Shown: positions 57,293-64,000 of the stretch, piece by piece | Layout: each line of letters starts with the position of its first letter | How positions within the stretch are numbered: the stretch's first letter is position 1 | Source of the DNA: a virus | Reading direction: 5' to 3' (one strand) | Length of the DNA: 64,000 nucleotides | IMG/VR virus record: IMGVR_UViG_3300048592_000616 | Coordinates: 9,424 to 73,423 of that record | Notes under the pieces: model-generated | Databases searched by the model: none | Told to the model about the DNA's origin: nothing | Seen by the model: the letters and a program-made list of their open reading frames with translations, nothing else | Made by a program: the position numbers and the translations under genes

Positions 57293-57758
57293 CTACCTAT
57301 GGATACTGTTCGGGATCGCCGTCATCGCCCTGCTCATCGGTATCCAGGCGTGCCGCGAACGACCGTCGCCCGACCCCGTGCCGCCCACCGCGACGGTGAC
57401 GGCCACGCCCACGGCGGCCGTCGATGAGGTGGCTACAAAGACGCCCACACCAACCGCAGCGACCGCCACACCGACCCCACGGCCGCCAACCGCGACGGCC
57501 ACCGCCACCGCAAGACCAACGGAAACGCCGGTGGTTCCCGCGACGGCCACGCCGGAGTTGATCGGCGTCCATCGCGTCATGCCGGGTGACACCCTGTGGG
57601 ACATCGCCGGGGCATGGTACGGCGGCGCGGGGTGCTACGAATACTGCGGACATCTCAAGTGGGCGCTCATCTTCGAGGCCAACCGCGACCGCATCGACGT
57701 ACCGCAGCTCATCTACCCCAACCAGTCGTTGCGGGTACCGAAGCCGCAAAATGAGTAG
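57270..57758 (+). CDS. Membrane-anchored LysM protein
   Basis: TM/lipobox-like IQAC, PT/TAT linker, HRV.PGDTLWDIA...IFEAN...LIYPNQ.L.VP. Confidence 0.85.
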   Translation: MNDNSKANYLWILFGIAVIALLIGIQACRERPSPDPVPPTATVTATPTAAVDEVATKTPTPTAATATPTPRPPTATATATARPTETPVVPATATPELIGVHRVMPGDTLWDIAGAWYGGAGCYEYCGHLKWALIFEANRDRIDVPQLIYPNQSLRVPKPQNE

Positions 57759-58068
57759 CAAGCGCACGAAGGGCCGTTTTTCGGCCCTTCCTTATATAAG
57801 GGCGACCGATCTGGCGGTGACGTGGGTCATCAGCCAACACGCGGACGGCCGGGAGGAGCGCACGGCTTACGCGACCCGGCTGGATGCCGAGATACATCTC
57901 TCGCTGATACCCGAAGACAACCGTGCGGCGCTGGCCGAGAGCGGGCTGGCGGCCGATCCGACCGCCAAGGGGTACGAGACCGACGACCGGCCGTTGCCCG
58001 ACGGCCGCTTGCCGGACGCATACGTGACGCGGGCCAGAATTGAACCGGGCCTGTATAGCGTCAACTAG
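57751..58068 (+). CDS. Hypothetical protein
   Basis: Overlap coupling. Confidence 0.45.
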   Translation: MSSKRTKGRFSALPYIRATDLAVTWVISQHADGREERTAYATRLDAEIHLSLIPEDNRAALAESGLAADPTAKGYETDDRPLPDGRLPDAYVTRARIEPGLYSVN

Positions 58069-58085
58069 ACAGTTTGGGGAGAGCT

Positions 58086-59057
58086 ATGTTGCAAGACAAC
58101 GCAATTGTGCCGGTCGTCAGCGATCTGCACGGCATGAGCACCGTCGGCCTGATGCCGCCGTCCTGGCGCACCGACGACGGGCAGACCGTGCTCCAGAGCC
58201 AGGTGCAAGCGTGGCTGTGGGGGAAGTGGACCGGCTACTGGGGCATCATCGCCGCCGAGAAGGAGCGCACCGGCTACCCGGTGGTGGCCGTCGTCAACGG
58301 CGAGACCGTGGACAAGAACTGGCACCCGACCGTCCAACAGCTAACCGAGTTCGAGCCGACGCTCATCGACGCGGCCGTTGATATCCTCGCCCCGGCCATG
58401 GCCGTGGCCGACTACTTCCTGTTCACGCGCGGCACCGAGGCCCACGTTGGCCTGGGCGGGGCGCTCGACGAACTCGTAGCCCGGCGCATTGCCGAGCACA
58501 AGGGCATCCACGTCATCCGCAACCGCGAGGGCGCGTACTCGTGGCTGTGGTTCTGGGGCAAGTTCGGCGGGGTCTCGATGGACATCGCCCACCATCCCGG
58601 CCACGGCTACATGCGCGAGTGGACGGCCGGTGGCGACGCCAACCGGCTGGCCGCGTCGATCCTGATGCGCTACGCCAAGCTGGAGCTGCCGTGCCCGAAG
58701 ATCACCTGGCGCGGCCACAACCACAAACCGACCGACTCGGCCGACAACTACCCGACCCGCGCCGTCATCACGCCGTCCTGGCAACTGGCGACGCACTTCG
58801 GCCACCGCATCGGCGGCGGGTTCCTGCCGGTCGGCGGGGCCTACACCGTCTGCCGCCACGGCAGCTACGACGACACCATCCGCAAGGTTTACTCCGAGTG
58901 GCCCATCACCGTCGATGACTGCTGGACGCCCGACATGCTCTCGGACGCCGTGGTCGAGATGGCCGAGGGCGGCCGGACGGCCGTAGCGCGCGAAGCCGAC
59001 CAGCCCGACACCACACCCGGCAAGGTCCGCGGGTTCATCGGCCGCCTGCGGGGATAA
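58086..59057 (+). CDS. Calcineurin-like metallophosphoesterase
   Basis: SDLH, NGETVD, RGTEAH, AHH, RGHNH. Confidence 0.8.
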   Translation: MLQDNAIVPVVSDLHGMSTVGLMPPSWRTDDGQTVLQSQVQAWLWGKWTGYWGIIAAEKERTGYPVVAVVNGETVDKNWHPTVQQLTEFEPTLIDAAVDILAPAMAVADYFLFTRGTEAHVGLGGALDELVARRIAEHKGIHVIRNREGAYSWLWFWGKFGGVSMDIAHHPGHGYMREWTAGGDANRLAASILMRYAKLELPCPKITWRGHNHKPTDSADNYPTRAVITPSWQLATHFGHRIGGGFLPVGGAYTVCRHGSYDDTIRKVYSEWPITVDDCWTPDMLSDAVVEMAEGGRTAVAREADQPDTTPGKVRGFIGRLRG

Positions 59058-59129
59058 CGGCCGCCTCGCCAACGCATCACCAGCGGCCCGTCTTCCGGCA
59101 GGGGAGGCGGGCCGTTCTGCTTTTGGTCC

Positions 59130-59158
59130 TTGACACGGCATGTAGCAAACGTTACAAT
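59130..59158 (+). promoter_or_regulatory. Sigma70 promoter (leaderless start likely)
   Basis: TTGACA-N17-TACAAT with ATG at 59165. Confidence 0.7.
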
Positions 59159-59164
59159 TGCAAC

Positions 59165-59488
59165 ATGACGCAACCATCAGGAACACAAGACAACACAGCG
59201 CAACCCGTCACCTTTGCCGAGGAGAAGTTGCTGGCGCTGCTGCGGGCCGAGACGACGGTCGAAGACCGGCCGGACCCGGACGGCGCGATGACCTCCGATG
59301 AGATCAGGGATCGGCTGGGGTGGGGGCGGACGCGGGTTAACAGCTTGATCCGCAAGCTCCAGGATGCCGGGGCGCTGCGTTTGAAGTGGATACCCCGGAC
59401 GCGCACCGATGGCCAGGCGTATCGCGCCCCGGCGTGGTACGTGGTCAACGGCCGCGATCTGATGGACGAGGTAAACGATGGCGACTAA
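59165..59488 (+). CDS. Winged-helix DNA-binding protein
   Basis: MTSDEIRDRLGWGRTRVNSLIRKLQDAG. Confidence 0.7.
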   Translation: MTQPSGTQDNTAQPVTFAEEKLLALLRAETTVEDRPDPDGAMTSDEIRDRLGWGRTRVNSLIRKLQDAGALRLKWIPRTRTDGQAYRAPAWYVVNGRDLMDEVNDGD

Positions 59489-59678
59489 GCAGCAGCACGT
59501 GCTGGTCCGCGTGCCCATCGACGGCCGTCGTATCGCCAAGCGATATGCGGCGACGGCCGGGGTGTCCATGGCCGACTGGCTGCTGGAGGCCATTGTGTTT
59601 CTCAGCCAGGTTCAAGAGAAGAAAGCACGCGATGCCCAGCAGTCGGCATCGCGCCCCAACAACGAGATCGACGGCTGA
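59478..59678 (+). CDS. RHH-like small DNA-binding protein
   Basis: VLVRVP...AKRYAATAGVSMADWLLEAI. Confidence 0.55.
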   Translation: MATKQQHVLVRVPIDGRRIAKRYAATAGVSMADWLLEAIVFLSQVQEKKARDAQQSASRPNNEIDG

Positions 59679-59898
59679 CAGCCGAGGTTTACCGGATGGC
59701 CTTATGCCACATCTTCCATGCCCATGCGTGAATGCAGCTTCTGCCCGGCGGGGCCATCCGGCCGCCGGGCGGGAGTGTTCTCTATCCGCGAGTTTGTTCG
59801 GGCGTCGGCCACTCACCGCCGCCTTCCATTTCCGAGGCCATCGGCAGACGCGGTTACACCTCGCGTCTGCCGCCACGGCCCACCCAGGAGCGTAACGA

Positions 59899-60267
59899 AT
59901 GACCAACTGGTTACGCAGTGTGTTTGCGCCGCAGCGGACGATCTCCGTCCCGCCGCTGCCACCGGCCGAGGCAAGGGCGCGGGTCGAGGCCAAGCCGACG
60001 CCCCTCCAGACCCAGCACGCCGAGCGGCGGCAGATCATGCGGGCCGAGGCCGAAGCGCACCTTGACGACGCCCACTTTGTCATGACCTCGATGACGGCCG
60101 ACATGGAGGCCATCGAGGCGCACATGGCCGAGCGCTGGGAGCAGGGGGCCGGACTGGCCGAGACAGAGCGCCACATGCGCCAGGCCAGAGAGTTAGCGGC
60201 GGCCGTGCACCGGCTGAGCGCGTTCCTGGTCGAGTTGCGCGAGACTTGCGATCCAAGTCTCGACTAA
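59899..60267 (+). CDS. Hypothetical protein
   Basis: RBS AGGAG. Confidence 0.6.
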   Translation: MTNWLRSVFAPQRTISVPPLPPAEARARVEAKPTPLQTQHAERRQIMRAEAEAHLDDAHFVMTSMTADMEAIEAHMAERWEQGAGLAETERHMRQARELAAAVHRLSAFLVELRETCDPSLD

Positions 60268-60651
60268 CTATGAGATCGAAGCGGACCCGTCAAGGGCCGC
60301 CGGTTTACCGGATGATGACCATACAACCAACCCCACCCATTCCTCAGCACAGTGACAAGGACGGCCGGGCCATCCGGCGGCCGTCCTTTCATCAGCTATC
60401 CCGGCCCGTCAAGGCCGAAGCCGGTTGCGCCGGGGTGTTCCCGGCGTCGGGCGCAGACCGTCCCGTCAACAACAAATTCAACCGGGACGGACAACCGCGG
60501 TCTTTTGTTAAGGCCCAGCCGTCTGGACAACGACTGGTGTCCGGCCTAACCGAAACAGGCACAGGTAGTCAGGCGGCCGTGCGGCGAGAACCGTTAACCC
60601 AACTGCCCGCGAGCTGCGCGGCCGCCACTTTCAACGCGAGACGGTGAAACG

Positions 60652-61020
60652 ATGGACATGACTTTGACGATCAGCGAAGCGGCGACGGCCAAGTTCGCCG
60701 AGGCGGCCGAGGCGGCCGGGCAGACGGTGCCGGAGTTGGTGATGTGGCTGCTGGAGTCCACGGTGGAGCAGATGGTCAAGGGGACCGTCGTCGATGTCGA
60801 TGAGTCGGGCAACGGCGACTCCGATGGGTCGGCGTGGTTCAACTGGCCGACGAACAAGCCGGAACCGCTGTGCCTGGCGCAGCTGGACAACGGCGACGTC
60901 ATCGCCCTGGCGTACCGCAACGGCCGCTGGGAGGGCATCGCCGACCACAATGCCGGGCTGGTGTACCAGAACGTGCTCAGCTTCCAACCGGCCGCGGTTG
61001 GGGTGGTAGGAACAGAGTAG
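60652..61020 (+). CDS. Hypothetical protein
   Basis: RHH-like N-terminus. Confidence 0.5.
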   Translation: MDMTLTISEAATAKFAEAAEAAGQTVPELVMWLLESTVEQMVKGTVVDVDESGNGDSDGSAWFNWPTNKPEPLCLAQLDNGDVIALAYRNGRWEGIADHNAGLVYQNVLSFQPAAVGVVGTE

Positions 61021-61383
61021 ATGGACGACTGGAGCAACGACTGGCTGGAAAAGCGGCCCGAAGCGGCCGTTGTCGCGCCGAGTGCACCGCCCACACCGAC
61101 TGCCGTCGATGACTTCGACCTCGTCGAGGCGCTGGACCGGCTCGACGCCATGCGGGCGGAGATCGGCCCGGCCATCGACCAGATGACGGCGCTGGAGAAA
61201 CGCATCCGGGAGCACGTCCTGGAGACGGGTGAGAAGGACGGCCGCATTACGATCCGACGAGGGTCTACGCGGTACGTTGTAGACACCCGACGACTGGTGG
61301 AGTTTGCCGAGACGGTCCCGGCCGTGTGGGCCTTTATCGAAGAGAAGGAGACGCCGCCGAGTGTGGCGATCCGCAAGCTATGA
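61021..61383 (+). CDS. Hypothetical protein (Gam/gp157-like coiled coil possible)
   Basis: Coiled coil then beta hairpin. Confidence 0.5.
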   Translation: MDDWSNDWLEKRPEAAVVAPSAPPTPTAVDDFDLVEALDRLDAMRAEIGPAIDQMTALEKRIREHVLETGEKDGRITIRRGSTRYVVDTRRLVEFAETVPAVWAFIEEKETPPSVAIRKL

Positions 61384-61532
61384 AAACAAACGAGCCTAGC
61401 AACAACAGCATGGGGCCGGTGGTCATCCTATTGGGGTTGCTGGTCGCGGCGGCCGCCGGGTCGCCATTGTCTATCGTCGTCGGCGCGGTCGTGCTGGTGA
61501 TCGGCGCGGCGCTGACGGCATTGGAGGAGTAA
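61380..61532 (+). CDS. Small membrane protein
   Basis: Hydrophobic; ATGA coupling. Confidence 0.45.
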   Translation: MKTNEPSNNSMGPVVILLGLLVAAAAGSPLSIVVGAVVLVIGAALTALEE

Positions 61533-61753
61533 TGAACCGAGAAGATCGACGACTTGCCGGGTTCTTCGTCTGCCTCGTCTTGGCGGCGGCCGCCGGGGTG
61601 GGAGCGCTGGCTTCCGTGGTGTTGGTCGTGGATGCCGTGAACCACAACAGCGCAGCCGCCGCTATTCTGCACACGACCATCGCGGCCATGTTGGCGGTCG
61701 TGTCCGTGGATGCGGCGCGCGACGCGTGGCGCTACATGCGAGGCGACCGATGA
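61532..61753 (+). CDS. Small membrane protein
   Basis: Two hydrophobic helices; RBS GGAGG. Confidence 0.5.
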   Translation: MNREDRRLAGFFVCLVLAAAAGVGALASVVLVVDAVNHNSAAAAILHTTIAAMLAVVSVDAARDAWRYMRGDR

Positions 61754-61965
61754 GCGACGGCGATCACATGACGATGAGCAACACGGCCGACGGCGCGTAC
61801 CTGGCGCGCTGCGCCAACTGCGGCCGGGCCGAGGTATTCACGCCGCCGATGTCGGTGGATGCTTTCTTTGTCGGCCTCAAGCGGTTCGAGCAGGAACACG
61901 CGGGCTGCCAGCCGGGCGATCAGGAACGGGCGCTGGCGGCCGCGCTGGAGGAGCTGGAGGACTGA
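61750..61965 (+). CDS. Small Zn-binding protein
   Basis: CANCG...HAGC. Confidence 0.5.
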   Translation: MSDGDHMTMSNTADGAYLARCANCGRAEVFTPPMSVDAFFVGLKRFEQEHAGCQPGDQERALAAALEELED

Positions 61966-62780
61966 TGGGAGAAAACAGCAAGATCGAATGGACCGACTAT
62001 ACCTGGAACTCTTGGATGGGTTGCACCAAAGTTAGTCCTGGCTGCAAGTTTTGTTACGCGGAAACCATGATGGACACGCGCTGGGGTAAGGTCGAGTGGG
62101 GGCCGCAGGGCCAGCGCGTCAGAACGTCGCCCGCTAACTGGAAGAAACCATTGGCGTGGTTCAAGAGGGCACGGAAGGCCGGTGAGCGCCGCCGAGTATT
62201 CACGGACTCCATCGCGGACCTATTCGAGCATAAGCCCGACCAGCCGGAAATGGACGACTGGCGCGCGGCCGTCTGGAACCTCGTCGAGGCCACGGCGGGC
62301 GACGCCGACGGCGGCCTGGACTGGCTGATGCTAACCAAGCGGCCAGAAAATGTACCGTCGATGGTACCGGCCGCCTGGATGCGCGCCAGGTTCCCGGCAG
62401 CCGTGTGGATCGGCACATCCGTCGAGGACCAGCGCCGCGCCGATGAGCGTATCCCGCACTTGTTGGCACTCCCGGCGGCCGTGCGGTTCCTGTCGGTGGA
62501 GCCGCTGTTGGAGCCGGTTGACCTGTGGGAGGCGCGTTACCTGCTGCCCGGCGGCGGGAAGGGTTCGGCGTTTGCTTGGGCGATAGGCGTTAACTGGGTC
62601 ATTGTCGGCGGCGAGAGCGGCCACGGCGCACGGCCGATGCACCCTAAGTGGGCATTGGACATTCGCGATCAGTGCGCGGCGGCCGAGGTGCCGTTCTTTT
62701 TCAAGCAAATGTGCGACGAACGTGGCCGCAAGTTGCCGTTCGGGCACATCCCGACCGTGACCGCCAAGGTGCCCGCATGA
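61965..62780 (+). CDS. Phage Gp37/Gp68 family (DUF5131) protein
   Basis: SKIEWTDYTWN...GCTKVSPGCKFCYAE, LTKRP, SVEPLL, WVIVGGESG, PFFFKQ. Confidence 0.9.
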   Translation: MGENSKIEWTDYTWNSWMGCTKVSPGCKFCYAETMMDTRWGKVEWGPQGQRVRTSPANWKKPLAWFKRARKAGERRRVFTDSIADLFEHKPDQPEMDDWRAAVWNLVEATAGDADGGLDWLMLTKRPENVPSMVPAAWMRARFPAAVWIGTSVEDQRRADERIPHLLALPAAVRFLSVEPLLEPVDLWEARYLLPGGGKGSAFAWAIGVNWVIVGGESGHGARPMHPKWALDIRDQCAAAEVPFFFKQMCDERGRKLPFGHIPTVTAKVPA

Positions 62781-63268
62781 ACAACGTCCGCCTCACCGAC
62801 AAGGAGAAGGCGGCGATCCTGCGGCTTTATCGCCAGGGGCTGTCGTTCTCGGAGATCGGCCGTCGGGTTGGCCGGACCCACGATGCGGTGCGTTACCTGG
62901 CTGAAAAGGAGGCTGGGTATATCGGCCGCCCGCGTCGCCCTGTCACCCCCCGGGACCTCGCCGAGATGCAGCGGCTGTACTACGAAGGTCTGACGTTTAA
63001 GGAGATCGGCCGTCGGGTCGGTCGGCACCGTGAAGTGGTGCGGATGCATCTGGTGCAAACCGGAGACCATGTGGTGATACCGCAGGGCCTGTCGGACCGC
63101 GACTCACTGAAGGTCGCCCAGTTGTACCGGCGCGGCGTGATGGTCGATGCCATCGCCGACCGCTTCGGCATTACACTGCCCTCGCTGTATCGGCACCTGC
63201 GTAGACACAATGTATCACTGCGACGGCCGCACGCCTCGACCGTCGCCCAGGAAGGAGCGACCTCATGA
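62777..63268 (+). CDS. Protein with three tandem HTH motifs
   Basis: LY..GL.F.EIGRRVGR x2 and LY..G..VDAIADRFGI. Confidence 0.75.
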   Translation: MNNVRLTDKEKAAILRLYRQGLSFSEIGRRVGRTHDAVRYLAEKEAGYIGRPRRPVTPRDLAEMQRLYYEGLTFKEIGRRVGRHREVVRMHLVQTGDHVVIPQGLSDRDSLKVAQLYRRGVMVDAIADRFGITLPSLYRHLRRHNVSLRRPHASTVAQEGATS

Positions 63269-63552
63269 ACGACGATCCCGACACAGGCGACCAGAGCGGA
63301 GCCTACATCCCTTGCCAGTGTGGCGAGGTGGCGCACTTCCTGCACCTGTACTACTGGCGCGTCTATCCGGTCCGCGAGTTGTGCATTTCGGTGGGATCGG
63401 TCTACGGGGTCACGCCGCCACTCCGTGAACGGATCGCGGCCGCCTGGAAGATGCTGCGCGGCCGTCGCCACTTCTTCAACGAGGCTGTTGTGCTTGAAAG
63501 CTCGCTCAGGGCGGCATTGGCGGCCCTGGAGGCAGAGAGAGGCGACGCATGA
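63265..63552 (+). CDS. Hypothetical protein
   Basis: RBS AAGGAG; CxC...H. Confidence 0.55.
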   Translation: MNDDPDTGDQSGAYIPCQCGEVAHFLHLYYWRVYPVRELCISVGSVYGVTPPLRERIAAAWKMLRGRRHFFNEAVVLESSLRAALAALEAERGDA

Positions 63553-63678
63553 CCACCGTCTATGCGGCCGTCATCCTCGTCTGCGGCGGTATCCCGCTGC
63601 TGTTCCTGGCGATGCTGCGGTATGCCAGGATGACGACGGCCGGGTATGAAACCGACGCGCTAAAGGAGCACTGAACTC

Positions 63679-64000
63679 ATGGTTATCACCAAGAAGATCG
63701 AGATGACGGCCGATGTGGCCGAGCACATTCGACAGCTGCAGTGGGCACCCGACGGCCGATCGGCGGTCATCGTCGCCCAACTGGACCGGCCGACCTACAC
63801 GGCCGTCAACAAGGTTTTGGCGGCCGTCGGCGGCAAGTGGGACAAGCAGGCCAAGGCCCACGTCTTCCCCGACGACGTGCGCGAGGCGCTGGGCGTCGCC
63901 GTGGACAACGGCCACGTCGAGGTGGAGGTTGACGGCTTCTTCGAGACGCCACCGGCCGTCATCGACCGCATGTTGGCCCTGGTGGCCGTGGAGCGCACGG
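63679..64000 (+). CDS. DNA methyltransferase, N-terminal part (3' truncated)
   Basis: QLDRPTY..VNKVL...GGKW...AHVF...FFETP pattern typical of phage methyltransferases; RBS AAGGAG. Confidence 0.65.
   Translation, partial: MVITKKIEMTADVAEHIRQLQWAPDGRSAVIVAQLDRPTYTAVNKVLAAVGGKWDKQAKAHVFPDDVREALGVAVDNGHVEVEVDGFFETPPAVIDRMLALVAVERT

Noticed and set aside
28362-62780. DNA hypermodification pathway from dCTP deaminase, DUF5131 and the MazG-like gene
   Set aside because: The genes are dispersed, common in phages, and no thymidylate-synthase-like enzyme, glycosyltransferase or polymerase was seen
1-64000. Integrase, att sites, tRNA genes, reverse transcriptase/DGR, cas genes
   Set aside because: No supporting motifs recognised by eye; tRNAscan and HMM searches were not run, and the genome extends beyond the window

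Overview
This is a high-GC tailed-phage (siphovirus-type) genome segment. Nearly all genes are on the + strand; the one well-supported minus-strand gene is a ~1094-aa double-glycosidase lysin. It carries a complete virion module: terminase (TerL with a LAGLIDADG intein in the Walker A motif), a fused protease-scaffold-capsid gene, portal, tail tube, frameshifted chaperone, tape measure and a beta-helix/PKD tail fibre. It also has a replication module (initiator with iterons, DnaB), ParA with a small partner, an FtsK/HerA-type membrane ATPase, RtcB, three DNA methyltransferases, dCTP deaminase and RusA. No integrase is visible, so a phage-plasmid lifestyle is plausible (inference). The host is probably a Chloroflexota/Anaerolineae bacterium (inference from GAAC-N4-GTTC SOS-like boxes, an EAD-like domain, TATP-linker lipoproteins and abundant CGGCCG). 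The most interesting signals are non-coding: (1) a GGTTSC-N4-GGTTGC direct-repeat box at most promoters; (2) a promoter-(CNNGG)x16-terminator unit; (3) an SOS-boxed small RNA candidate whose loop is complementary to the phage's favourite RBS; (4) a countertranscript promoter upstream of rep; (5) a TATG-N7-CATA operator on a family of cloned promoters. Unusual proteins include a membrane-anchored HicA-like protein, a pseudo-receiver OmpR-type regulator and an EAD/death-like domain in the holin cluster. All calls were made by eye from motifs; no database searches were run.
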